A stretch of 64,000 nt of DNA from Octopus sinensis (lineage: Eukaryota): the NCBI RefSeq assembly GCF_006345805.1, contig NC_043008.1, forward strand, positions 74,400,001-74,464,000, written 5' to 3'. Positions 26,604 through 38,501 of this stretch are shown in pieces. The notes under the pieces are model-generated. The model worked only from the letters and a program-made list of their open reading frames with translations. It searched no databases and was not told the DNA's origin. Every line of letters starts with the position of its first letter. Positions within the stretch are counted from its first letter, which is position 1. The translations under genes were made by a program, and so were the position numbers.

Positions 26604-27212
26604 ATTATTATTATTATTACTATTATTATTATTATTATTATCGTTATCATTATTATTATTAAGGCGGTGAGCTGGCAGAAATGTTAGCAGGGCGGGCGAA
26701 ATGCTTAGCGGTATTTCGTCTGCCAATACGTTCTGAGTTCAAATTCGACCGAGGTCGACTTTGCCTTTTATCCTTTCGGGGTCGATTACGCACTGATGTC
26801 GATATAATTGACTTAATCCGTTTGTCTGTCCTTGTTTGTCTTCTCTGTATTTAGTCCCTTGTGGGTAGTAAAGAAATAGGTATTTCGTCTTCCGTTACGG
26901 GGTCGATAAATTAAGTACCATTTACGTACTGGGATCGATGTAATCGATTTAATCCCTTCGTCTGTCCTTGTTTGTCTCCTCTATGTATAGCCCCTTGTGG
27001 GTAATAAAGAAATAAGAAACGTTAGCACGCCGGTCAAAATGTTTAGCAGTATTTCGTTTGCCGCTACATTTTGAGTTCAATTTCGCCGAAGTTGACTTTG
27101 CCTTTCATCCTTTCGCGGTTGATAAATTAAGTACCAGTTACGCAATGAAGTCGATGTAATCGACTAGTCACCTCCTGCAAAATTTCAAGGCGTTGTGCCT
27201 ATTGTAGAAAGG

Positions 27213-27269
<57 letters not shown>
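26312..27269 (+). mobile_element. SINE family B cluster with internal sub-duplications and (TTA)n tails
   Basis: Repeated GAGCTGGCAGAA..TTAGCACGCCGG..GTCGACTTTGCCTTTCATCCTTTCGGGGTCGAT modules. Confidence 0.8.
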
Positions 27270-27821
27270 GAGTGAGAGAGCAGTGCATGCCAACAAAGTG
27301 ACACTGGGGTAAAATATACGAAGCCCAGTATACCCATCATGACTACCCCTCTGATAAGGGTACATTAGGCACATGCATCACAACCATATGTGCGTTACAT
27401 GGTGATCTCCTATCAAGATAAACAGCACATGACCTTGCAGATGGGGCCCACTTAGAATTTTCTTCTGGCCGAGTAACCCATCCTGCTCAAAAGGTTCCTG
27501 AATAAGGGTTGTTTAAGGGTGTTGAATGAAACACCCATGTTTTCAGAGGTGAATTATTCAAACCCCAAAGAATCCCTCTCAACACATGGCTATGATGCTC
27601 CCCCACTACTTCTGCTCGTGATCAGAGATCCACATATCGTCGGCCACTAAGGGACATGCTCAACTGGTTATGGTCAAACAACTGGCAAGCAAATCTGTGG
27701 TATTGAGCAGAATATTTGCTTTAGCCTATCTTTTATTTTTAAAACAACATACATGATAACACTTCTAATCAGTTAGGATCAGAAGCCATGAGAGCCACTG
27801 CCTGGTACTGCATCAGGGCAT
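27270..27821. mobile_element. ~550-bp element in (TTA)n, copy 2 (longest)
   Basis: Ends ...GGTACTGCATCAGGGCAT followed by TTATTA. Confidence 0.9.
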
Positions 27822-27833
27822 TTATTATTATTA

Positions 27834-27885
<52 letters not shown>

Positions 27886-27891
<6 letters not shown>

Positions 27892-28590
27892 GCAATATGG
27901 TAGAATCTTTAGCACGCCGGGAAAAAATGCTTACCGGTATTTCGCCTATTGTTATGTTCTGAGTTCAAATTCCGCCGCGGTCGACTTTGGTTTCATTCTT
28001 CCGGAGCCGATAAATTAAGTACCAGGCAAATACTTGAGTCGTTGTGATCGACTGTCCTCCACTCCACAAAAATCCAGGCCTCGTGCCTATAGTAGACTGG
28101 ATTGTTATTAATATTATTGTTGTTGGCATATCTTTGTCTCGGGAAACAATGGAGTTGCGCATAAACTAGTCCAGTCTGGTTTTTATATTTCATGTCCTCT
28201 CCAGTTTCCTCTCCAGCTCTGCGCAGACCTGAGCTAGATGTAAGAAAATCCTGGGTAGCCCAATCATTAGGATTCCTCTCTCGACCTTGCTGACGTAGTC
28301 CAAAGGAGTGCAGAGCATTACGTTTGGCACCAGCTTGATAGCAGGAGCTGCCGGAACAGTGTTGAATCGAACACTAAATTGCCTACGGGGCTCCACTCCG
28401 GATTTCTTTGAAGTTTGTCACCTTTCTGTAACCCTGAATAGGGGCCCATACTGGGTATTGTCAGCCGGTGCCAGCTGAGCTCGGGATTCATGTCAGGCAG
28501 GGTCGTCACTCCCTGAAGTAGTAGTAGTAGTAGTAGTTGTAGTGGTGGTGGTGGTGGTGGTGGTGGTGGTGGTGGTGGTGATGGTGCTCA

Positions 28591-28633
<43 letters not shown>

Positions 28634-29210
28634 GGTGGTGATGGTGGTAGTAGTAGTAGTAGTGTAGTAGTAGTAGTAGTAGCGGCAAAGACTTAGTTCT
28701 GAGTAAAAATTTCATCCTTTCGGGGTCGACAGTGTAGAGTGCTGGGGTTGATACAACCGAGACACCGTCTCCCACACTTCTCGGCTTTGTGCCTATTGTA
28801 AAAGGAATTATTACATGTAGAGAGGTGGCAGAATCATTAGAACGCCGGACAAATTACTTAGTGATATTTCGTCTTTATGTTCTGATATCAAATTCCGACG
28901 TTGTCGATTTTTCTGTCTGTGAAATGAGTACCAGTGGAGCATTGAAGCTGATTCAATCGACTGGCCTCTCTTTCGAAATCTCACGCCTTGTGCCGATAAA
29001 AGACAGAATTATTATCATTATTGCTGTTGCTGTTTTTGCTGGTAAGGTGGTGAGCACGCCGGACAAAATGCATAGCGACATTTCATTCGTCTTTACGTTC
29101 TGTGTTCAAATTCTACCGAGGTTGACTTTGCTTTTCATCATTTTAGGGTCGATAAAATAAGTATCAGCCGAGCACAAGAGTCGATGTAATTTAATTAGTA
29201 TTCCCTAGAA
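27886..29210 (+). mobile_element. Further SINE family B copies with (TAG)/(TGG) repeats and an unrelated coding-like insert at ~28160-28510
   Basis: Family B motifs at ~27890-28100, 28685-28810, 28820-29030 and 29040-29210. Confidence 0.7.
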
Positions 29211-30546
29211 ATTGCTGACCCTGAACTAATAATCCAAGACAATTTATAGAAGCTTTACATTTTCTAACTAGATATAGGTATACATTACTTATAGGATTTT
29301 GCTAGAAAGCAGCTACAAGATAAGACAATAGAGTTAAATGTATTCTGATGTTTGAAATAATGAAAATAATTAATTCAAATTTTGGCTTTTAAAGACAATA
29401 AATAGAGTTTCTTTTTGCAATATCTGCAAAATAATACATCTATGTAACAATTGTGCATCAATTAAAATAGGCTAGAAATTTGAAGGGTGAAAAAACGTCA
29501 TATTATTTCGAAAGGCAATTAGGAGACAATATAAACTTCCTGCTGGCGCACTCTTTAACTTAATTTAGAAAAATAAAAAATAATTAGAAAGATTTGCAAA
29601 GGTCTGAACGATATTGTACTCTTGTAGGTCAGCCATTGACTAACTTGACCTAATACTACAGTTTAATTACGATGTTTGCTCCTATTTAAAAGAAAGAAAG
29701 AAGAAAGGAAGGAAGGAAAGAGGGAGAGAGAGAGAGAAAGAGAGAAAGTGAGAGAGAGAGAGAATACATCAAAGTAGAATGATTTTAAGAAAATGATTCA
29801 ATTTTGCTCCACGATGTTATAAATGTCACCAAAGATCGATTATTGAAAAAAATAAAATAACGAAAAAATCAAACACTTCTTTTGAAATAAATCAAAGATG
29901 GCTAGCAATATATGATGAAAGTACTGTGATGTGAGTTTGTGTGTGTGTTTGCGCGCATGTATGTGTGTGTGCGTGTGTATGTGTACGTGTGTACATATGT
30001 CTGCGCATATGTATGCGCGCGCCTCTGCGGATAGATAGATATTTAGACAGATAGTTAGGTATATAGGTGGATAGAAAGTCATATATATATATGTACATCC
30101 GTACATGCACACACACACACATACATATATACATACATACATGCATACATATATGTATAAATATAACACACACACGCATATACACACACGAAAAATTATT
30201 CTAATGTCTGGGGAGTTTCTTAAAAGCAAACCTTGAGTTTGTCCATCATCACATCACCCATCTCCTTTATTTTATAGCTGTGTGTTGTTGCTTGCTTCAA
30301 GGACGATTTTCAATATGAATTGATATTTAATTATTAGAGACATAAAACTTTGTGTTAATAGGCAAAATGTGTGTGACTCAAAGGTATATTGAAAAGCATC
30401 ACGTAATTTGTATCCAAATAACCAATCTGATTTAAGACAATAAATTAGTGCTTAATATTTCCTTTCAAACAGAGTGTAATATATATTAATCAGTGCTATT
30501 GCCATGTGGCAATGCCATTATATACATACAAACACACACACACACA

Positions 30547-30615
<69 letters not shown>

Positions 30616-30777
30616 GTTACTATGTCTGGTCAGAGAGTGACCATTGGTTTCGCACCGATAAACTCCGAGCTGTGTATATATATATATATATGTGTGTGTG
30701 TTGTGTGTGTGTGTCTGTGTGTTTGTGTGTATGTATATACATATATATTATTCTCTCTATGTTTATTTCCTCGTGTT

Positions 30778-30814
30778 CTCTTCTGTTGAAGAGCGTAGGC
30801 TCGAAATGTAAAAG
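30778..30814 (+). ncRNA. Hammerhead-like motif, non-canonical core (copy 2)
   Basis: CTCTT-CTGTTGA-A-GAGC-GTAG-GCTC-GAAA-TG-TA-AAAG. Confidence 0.5.
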
Positions 30815-30927
30815 ACTTTCTCACGTTCCCAAGCGTCAAACTAAAACAAAACTTGCTTGATAAAAAAGAAGTTGAAAATGCACTGAGAATAGTTAAAATA
30901 TTTTTTTAAAATTATTACATTTAAATA

Positions 30928-30964
30928 TTTAGCCGGTTTCACAGTTTCCACTGATTTTCAAAAA
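30928..30964 (-). ncRNA. Degenerate hammerhead with U3-A8 core
   Basis: Minus: TTT-TTGAAAA-TCAG-TGGAAA-CTGT-GAAA-CCGG-CT-AAA; U16.1 is C. Confidence 0.45.
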
Positions 30965-31809
30965 GTTGAGATAAAAAGACGTGACTTATGTCGCAGCTCA
31001 CTTGCTTCGGACCAGTGTTTGAAGCTTACTCTATTTGTGTAGGAAGTTCATGGCTCAAATTAGTATATGTTTTGAATAGGATTTGATTGGTAGAGGTTAG
31101 TCACATGACTGGTCATTGAAATTTTTGTAGATTCCCCGCTACGTCTGTATCAAGTGACAATGTTTGGCGTCGTAAGTTAAGGCTGGCACGGTTGACTAAG
31201 CATGTTTAGTGACAGTACCAAACAATCAATGATCTGAAGGCTTTCTGTCAAGTGTTTGTAGAGAATGAACGCGTGATTGAGTTTAGAACCTTTTGTACGT
31301 TCCGCTCTACGTCCGTGCGTTAGTGTCATGTGATAGTACGTTTGGCACCTAAAATGAAGGCCGACACAGTTGAGTGATCATGTTCAGTTACAATCAAGGC
31401 TCTCTAAATTTAATCTGCCTGGTTGTAGATTGGACAGAAGAAGTTTGTATTGAGTCATTCCATAAATGATGAGATTTTTTATACTTCTTTTATTTTTCAA
31501 AATTAAGATAAACAAAGTTCTTTTTTAAACTAAGATATACTCTCTTTCATTTTCTACAATGACCTTCCATCTACATGGTAGACTTGCAAGGCTCCTCTCC
31601 CAAAATTAACATCTCCGTGACGAAAAATACTCATGTAATACTGTTTTGACCTCGTCTACATATTTTCTCTGTCCACATATTTTCTCTGTCTACATATTTT
31701 CTCTGTCCAAATGATTTTGAAGACTGCGGAATAAATGGTAATCAGATGGAGCAATGTCCAGCGAATATGATGGGCGGAGCATCTTTTCTTATTCAAACTG
31801 CTCCAGCCT

Positions 31810-32260
31810 TTGGAATGTTATCCTCGCTGTATGTGGCCGAGCATTTTCCTGATGGAAGAACACCTTTCGTCTTGAAACCAAAGATGATCGTTTTCCTTCA
31901 AACACTGAATTGAATGACTGGTTGAATGACCACATCCAAGCTTCTCTGCTAGTTCTTCAACAGTTATGATGAGATTCTTTTTCCCCACAATTTGCAGGAC
32001 GTCCTCGTCGAGCTCTACAGATCTTCCAGGACAAAGCTTGTCTTCTAGGCTATAATTTCCGGCTCGGAATTTCTGGAACCACCGTTGACATTGGCTTATG
32101 CTTATTGTCCAATCCCCACATATTGCATTAATATTCCTCGCACTTTCCTTTGCGTTGTTGCCTTTATTGAACTCATAAGGGAAAATATGCTGAATATGCT
32201 CCTTTGACACTTTAACTCTGTTAAAGTTTAAGTTTTGGTTTGTACTTTTGCATGAAAGTG
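31810..32260 (-). pseudogene. Mariner transposase N-terminal remnant
   Basis: EHIQHIFPYEFNKGNNAKESARNIN..CQRWFQKFRAGNYSLED..GRSVELD..TVEELAEKL (Mos1/Hsmar-like HTH domains). Confidence 0.9.
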
Positions 32261-32779
32261 TTTTTTTTTTCCTTATGCGTGGGTCATCTGTGGTATACAC
32301 TGAAAATAGGTAGAGTGGGAAAATTTGGAATTTGGGAGGGGTCTCATTCTTTGCACAAGTATATGTATGTATATGTATATATATATATATATATACATAC
32401 ATACATATACATATATATATATGTATGCATATTTAATACGCACAATATATCGATTTAATTAATCCAGTAGTACACACAAAAGAGTTTCTTTAGTAGACCA
32501 GGCTATAAACCAAATAGTAAACCAATACGGTGGGATGTAATGTATGACCTTATGCATTTGAAATCTAGTAAATCCAGTCAGTGAAGCTTATTAGATTAGG
32601 TGTAAATAAACAATAAAGTCGGGAAGTATGAGATAAATATATTTTTCCCCAGTTGGCATCAACTTATTAAATATATATATGTTTATCTCATATCTTCTAA
32701 CTTTTTTGTGTGTATATGTAGTAGTTTTATTAAAGTTAGTGTTCAAGACTGCCTATATATTGTTTGATTGAAATAATGT

Positions 32780-33175
32780 GGTTATTAAGCTTTTACTTCA
32801 ATATTACACATATTACACAACGGAAAATGGTAGGGATTATTATTTTTTGTATCACTTAAGAGAGTTTTCGTTATTTAGTTACGTATTTAGGAGTTGTTGT
32901 ACTTTACTTATTGAATTTATTTATCGATATGGTTGTACATAGGGTAATTGTGTTCGTAGGTTATGGTTTATTTGGTTTATTTGTTCCCAAACAACACTTA
33001 TTTTAGTGCTGTTGACACCGCCGGATGGAATGGTACTGCCCAGGTGTTGAAACCACAATGATATCCATGAGGCAGCTGATGATGGAGGTATGATAATTTG
33101 TTGGTATGGCTGTGGAATAGTATTATAACATATCCTTTATATATATCCTGAAACCCTTCCTTAAACATATCGATA
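32780..33175 (-). mobile_element. PLE thumb-domain fragment, head-to-head with the 33.2-kb PLE
   Basis: Minus: GFQDIYK..HSHTNKLSYLHH, resembling TDIY.KPT....YLH..S.HP; its nucleotide sequence differs from the plus-strand PLE. Confidence 0.45.
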
Positions 33176-33198
33176 GCCATATCAGAGATGACTTAGAT

Positions 33199-34614
33199 AT
33201 GTTAAACCACCTTCCAAAAAAAGCCAAGGAAGAAACAATCATGGTTTCATTTGATGTAGTTTACTTATATACCAGTATACCTCATAATTATGGACTAGAG
33301 ACAATACAGTTCCGGCTGAACCAATTTCCGGAAGACATACCAAAAAGGATCAGTAAAGAATTCATTACTAAATCAATTGAATTCATCCTACATAATAACC
33401 ACTTCATGTTTGACAATACATTTTACCGTCAAAAATCCGGAATTGCTATGGGTACAAGGGCAGTACCAGTCATTGCGAACCTAACAATGGGCTACCTGGA
33501 AATAATCATTTACCAGGAATCTTTATCAATCTTTGGAAACCCCCTCTCTCAATACATAAAAGAGAATTGGAAACGATTCCTGGACGATTGTTTTATACTC
33601 TGGAATGAAAACACAGATAAATTCCTAAAATTCAAAAACTTATTGAACAGCATCAACCCAAATATACAGTTCACAATGGAATACAAGCGAAAGGAGCTCC
33701 CGTTCTTGGATATACTAATTAAAAAAATTAACCTCAAAATAGAAACAGACATTTTTTACAAGGCCACTGACGCCAAACAATACCTACTTTTTGATTCATG
33801 CCACACTAAAACAAACATCCCCTTCAGCCTTGCAAGAAGGATATGCATAATAGTGTCAAATCAAAATACCAGGAACTTTAGACTGCAAGAACTCAAAAAC
33901 ACCCTAATTGACAGACATTACCCAGCTCAACTCATAGAGGATGGGATCAGACGTGCAACAGAAATCAACATAGAAACTTTGAGAAACGTTCAACACAACA
34001 ACACTCCTTCCCCGAAAATACTACCTTACATATCCACATACAACCCCAGAAACAAAGAAGCCTTCACCATCATCACCCAGAATTTACCAATACTTCATAA
34101 GGACCCCAAATTAAAGGAAATTCTAAACATACACCAAATCATTAAAAGCTACAAACAGCCTAAATCACTTAAAAAGATTCTCACAAAGGCAAAATTGTTT
34201 TCTGAAATTACGGATGCAAAAGTAAAAAAATGTGGTAGACCGAACTGTGCAACATGTCCAAACCTGCTAGAAGGATCAGAATTCCTCTTCAAAGAGGGAC
34301 AGAAATTCAAGATCAAATCTAAAATTACTTTTAGGTCCACGGGACTATCACTCAGACGATGCACACTGCATCGACAACATATTGCATTCCCAGAATACAG
34401 AATGATACCCTTTAGTGAGCACATTGAGAAATGCGCAAAGCAACTACTACCACAATTTTTAATCTTTCCATTTTACCAATGTGCTATCGGAACACCAACA
34501 CAAATTAGACTAAACAAGGAAACATTCTTCATTGAAAAATACAAGCCCAAACTTAACCATTCCAACATTCTTATACAGAGAAACTCACCCCCCAAAAAAG
34601 GCAAGAAATATTAA
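33199..34614 (+). CDS. Penelope-like element ORF (5'-truncated RT, thumb, Cys linker, endonuclease remnant), 471 aa open
   Basis: VSFDVVYLYTSIP, QKSGIAMGT, WKRFLDDCFILW, LPFLDILI, CGRPNCATCPNL, IEKYKPKLN. Confidence 0.92.
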   Translation: MLNHLPKKAKEETIMVSFDVVYLYTSIPHNYGLETIQFRLNQFPEDIPKRISKEFITKSIEFILHNNHFMFDNTFYRQKSGIAMGTRAVPVIANLTMGYLEIIIYQESLSIFGNPLSQYIKENWKRFLDDCFILWNENTDKFLKFKNLLNSINPNIQFTMEYKRKELPFLDILIKKINLKIETDIFYKATDAKQYLLFDSCHTKTNIPFSLARRICIIVSNQNTRNFRLQELKNTLIDRHYPAQLIEDGIRRATEINIETLRNVQHNNTPSPKILPYISTYNPRNKEAFTIITQNLPILHKDPKLKEILNIHQIIKSYKQPKSLKKILTKAKLFSEITDAKVKKCGRPNCATCPNLLEGSEFLFKEGQKFKIKSKITFRSTGLSLRRCTLHRQHIAFPEYRMIPFSEHIEKCAKQLLPQFLIFPFYQCAIGTPTQIRLNKETFFIEKYKPKLNHSNILIQRNSPPKKGKKY

Positions 34615-34708
34615 GCGATTATCTCTCTTACACCGGAAGAAATCACTTATTACCTCCCCTTACCTGGACCTCTCCTTTACACTTCTCAACGAAAACATAA
34701 CGATGTAA

Positions 34709-34744
34709 GAAATTTGAAAAGCTGAACGCGAAACCGGTCATTTC
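34709..34744 (+). ncRNA. Minimal type I hammerhead ribozyme with U3-A8 core in the PLE 3' region
   Basis: GAAAT-TTGAAAA-GC-TGAAC-GC-GAAA-CCGG-TC-ATTTC, about 95 nt after the ORF stop; GUC site. Confidence 0.75.
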
Positions 34745-34864
34745 TTCAAAACCTATGTCATTGTATGAAAAAAATTTATAACATTCTTCTGACATAATGA
34801 CTAAAATATATATTTTTTAAATCTTTAAAACATGCCTTCTGTAGTTTTTTCACTTTTTACTATT

Positions 34865-34956
<92 letters not shown>

Positions 34957-34980
34957 ATGTATGTATATGTATATACATAT

Positions 34981-35247
34981 GATGGGTAGTGAAGCACGAC
35001 CTTCAAAATTTGGGTGTCACAGAGGCAACGGCAAGCGACCGAGACCTTTGGAGATATGTTGTGCTTGAGAAGACCTAACAAGCCAAGTGAGATCGTATCC
35101 TTGACCGATGCCAGGGTCACAGCCGGCACGTTTAAATATACACTTCAATCGTCGGGCCATATGCTGTGTTTGAGAAGGCCTCGTAAAAATGCACTATCCA
35201 AGCATGGCCGATGTCAGAGGCGGTGGCAGGTAAAAGCACCATATATA

Positions 35248-35340
<93 letters not shown>

Positions 35341-35618
35341 ATGTATATGTATATACATATGATGGGTAGTGAAGCACGACCTTCAAAATTTGGGTGTCAC
35401 AGAGGCAACGGCAAGCGACCGAGACCTTTGGAGATATGTTGTGCTTGAGAAGACCTAACAAGCCAAGTGAGATCGTATCCTTGACCGATGCCAGGGTCAC
35501 AGCCGGCACGTTTAAATATACACTTCAATCGTCGGGCCATATGCTGTGTTTGAGAAGGCCTCGTAAAAATGCACTATCCAAGCATGGCCGATGCCAGAGG
35601 CGGTGGCAGGTAAAAGCA

Positions 35619-35620
<2 letters not shown>
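34981..35620 (+). mobile_element. RTE LINE 3' end, tandemly duplicated (period 380 nt)
   Basis: VVKHDLQNLGVTEATASDRDLWRYVVLEKT; copies at 34981-35240 and 35361-35620 differ by one visible substitution. Confidence 0.8.
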
Positions 35621-35670
<50 letters not shown>

Positions 35671-35802
35671 CTTTTATATATAGAGGGCATTATTACACAT
35701 GCATGCCACACGCTAAGAGGGACATTAGTCATTTCTACCCAAAAATTTTACTAATCATACCCAGTGCAATTTTTCAAAGCAAGACATTTAAAAAATGAAT
35801 TT

Positions 35803-35864
35803 AGTCTTGTATCACCTGTGATTTCGTACTTACCGCAGTTGCGACCGTACTCATCAGCACGACT
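35803..35864 (-). ncRNA. Type I hammerhead ribozyme with canonical core
   Basis: Minus: AGTCGTG-CTGATGA-GTAC-(17 nt)-GTAC-GAAA-TCACAGGTGA-TA-CAAGACT; AUA site; one mismatch in stem I. Confidence 0.88.
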
Positions 35865-36207
35865 GATTCTGAACATATCATAAATAAACGACCTCGCACC
35901 GTCAAAGGCGAACAGTATCTGTTCTACTCCAACGAAGCACATGGGAAGTTAACATATAATACATCCGGTAAATGGCAGTCTTCTTCGAATTGCATTTAGG
36001 GTAGGAAGTTTTTCGGAATATAAAATTATTAACAATAAGGATAATTCTTAATAAGGAATCTTAACAAGAAATTATCAGGTAGATAGCGTGAAAACCTCAT
36101 AAGAGAAAAATTTCGAAAATAATTCTTTTTATTGAACATATTAATTATATATAGAGAGCATTATACACATACATGCCACACGCTAAGAGGGGACTATGTT
36201 CAGAATC

Positions 36208-36270
36208 AGTCTTGACTGATGAGTACGGTCGCAACTGCGGTAAGTACGAAATCACAGGTGATACAAGACT
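36208..36270 (+). ncRNA. Type I hammerhead ribozyme with canonical core
   Basis: AGTCTTG-A-CTGATGA-GTAC-(17 nt)-GTAC-GAAA-TCACAGGTGA-TA-CAAGACT; 7-bp stem I with one extra A. Confidence 0.85.
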
Positions 36271-38218
36271 AAATCATTTTTAAATGTCTCTGCTTTGAAA
36301 AATTGCACTGGGTATGATTAGTAAAAGTTTTTGGTAGAATGACTAATGTCCCTCTTAGCGTGTGGCATGTATGTGTAATAATGCCCTCTCTATATAAATA
36401 TATATATATATATATATATCATATATATGTATGCATGTGTGCGTGCGTGTGTATGTGCGCGCGTGTGTGTGTGCATGCGTGTGTGTGTGTGAAAAGATGT
36501 TATCTCTCATATACCTGCATCAAACTGTTTGTTAATGATTGTTTACCAGAGAAAGAAAAAGAGAAATAGAGAGAGTAGGTGAGTGAGAGAGAGAGAGAGA
36601 TCTGCGTTCTAAGTGTGACTAACCTAGATTTATCCATTAACGAGACACTTAACACTAGCCGAATACGCCCAATTGATGAACGCTTCGTTATGCTGGAGCA
36701 AGTTCAAAGTGTGGATACGAATAAGAAAATCTGAGTATTAAAAATACGTCCTAAGTGCACTTCCAGTTCACTAAAACTTCAAGTTGCATAGCTACGGCAT
36801 AATCTGGTTTATCTGACTTATTGTCTACATTAAGCTGTCGCTATGTTTTACCAATATTGAGGCATCCTTCAAAAATCCTAGTGACTTAACTACCTATTTA
36901 GCATTTATGAGAAAAAGCTAATTATTTGAAGAAGGGGATTGGTCAATATTTCTATATATCTGCAATTAAATACCATAAAAATATTTTTTAATGGTAGGTA
37001 GATCGTTTATTGAGCTTAGAAAAATTTCCTACGTAAAAAAATAGACATTTGTTGTCAATAGATATACGCAAGATATATGAAACATTTTTTCATACATTTG
37101 TCGTAGATAGCGTAATTTTTATGAAGCATCATCGATTTAGTTACTGTATCCACATTATAGTTTATATTTCTAGGCTTTCACAATGTTTATTTTTAATTAG
37201 AAAATAAACTACAATGGTTTATCCAGGGATACAGGAGTCTGTGCTACAGTAATTAGAAACTACTTAACATGAATAGAAGGTGGGAGAAATACATGCCTAG
37301 TTTATATTTAATTTTTTTATACAGGTCTATAACCATCTTGTTGATCGGCTTATGTTCAATAAACGAGGTCGAATTGCAATATATTTCAAACTAGTACCAC
37401 ATTCGATTATCAGCCTATGAATTCTTTTAAAATCGATCCGTTATTCCTCCAATAATATACATCTTAGATGGTTTAAACTAAATTTTGGTACATTAATTTT
37501 TAAACTTTTGATGATACCGTTGAAAAGTCAATCCTATTTGTTTCTCTCACTCATCTCTCTCGAGTATGATGTTATTAATATAGCATTCAACCTATCATAG
37601 AATTTCGTGAGTAGATAATATTCTTGTTTATAATATATTGGAAATATTAAAGTGCTTACATGCAGTTGTCAACAAAGATCTATTGTGTTCCCGCTATTCG
37701 TGCTTTGCATACATGCCCGAGTGAACCCAAACAATAAGACATCCTTTATCAAGCCAGAAAACTGTCTTCATCATCTCTGCCTTTCCACCTATGGCCTACA
37801 AATATATACCTTTCTTATGTCCTTCACCATCTCCTCTTCCTACGCAACCATTTCGGCTTTCTTTTCGCTTGCTCATTTTCAAATGTATTGCCCCACTTAG
37901 CAAAGGAACACGCTTTCATAAACATTATATATATGATTTTAAAACTAAACTAGATCAGACTAATGGCTAGCGAGCCGAAACTTTGAAGTCACTTCCTTGT
38001 AAATAAAGCAGAAGTATTAGGTTCATGTTCGGGAAGAATGGAAAAGTCTTTCAAACTAATACATCTCTTCCACAGAAAGGATTGAAAGGGTAAATAATAG
38101 AAGGCTTTGACACGGTGAATATCTAAGTATAAATATAATGATATTTATATTAATAGAGCCAACCCACACAGAGTAAAAAACAAAAGAAAAACTAAGGGTG
38201 AAGAAGAAAGATGTTATC

Positions 38219-38501
38219 AGTCCAACAGGTGTTTCTGGGGACTTGGAAATCCATCATAATGTTTGTAGATGTAGTTCATCACAATATGCAGCCGTAATGG
38301 AAGCAATCGACATTGGATAAAACAAGCCTCTACCATCAGGTCGGTGATCTTACATTTCCGATCTTCTCTGCATTATGATCTGAAATGTACGATCTATCAA
38401 TTTATCATGTTGATTGTTTCCATTATGGTTGCATATTATGATGAACTGCATCTATCAACATTATGATGGATTTTCGATCCCCCAGAAACACCTGTTGGAC
38501 T
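38219..38501. repeat. Imperfect ~100-bp inverted repeat with an internal hairpin
   Basis: AGTCCAACAGGTGTTTCTGGGG...GATAAA / TTTATC...CCCCAGAAACACCTGTTGGACT; the spacer contains TACATTTC/GAAATGTA. Confidence 0.85.

Larger units (their letters stand above)
35676..36396. mobile_element. Composite HHR cassette: ~200-nt inverted arms plus a 470-nt direct-repeat-bounded unit, between (TA)n
   Basis: Arms 35676-35877 and 36195-36396 are reverse complements; the terminal ~48 nt recurs in direct orientation at ~36147-36194. Confidence 0.9.

Noticed and set aside
26800-27160. Repeat-spacer-like pattern suggesting a CRISPR array
   Set aside because: These are internal duplications of a SINE in eukaryotic DNA; no constant repeat with unique spacers and no cas genes.
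27700-27821. HDV-like or hammerhead ribozyme at the end of the 550-bp element
   Set aside because: I could not build a P1/P2/P3 pseudoknot, and the CTGACGA and CTGAAGA words in the element lack a downstream stem II-GAAA.
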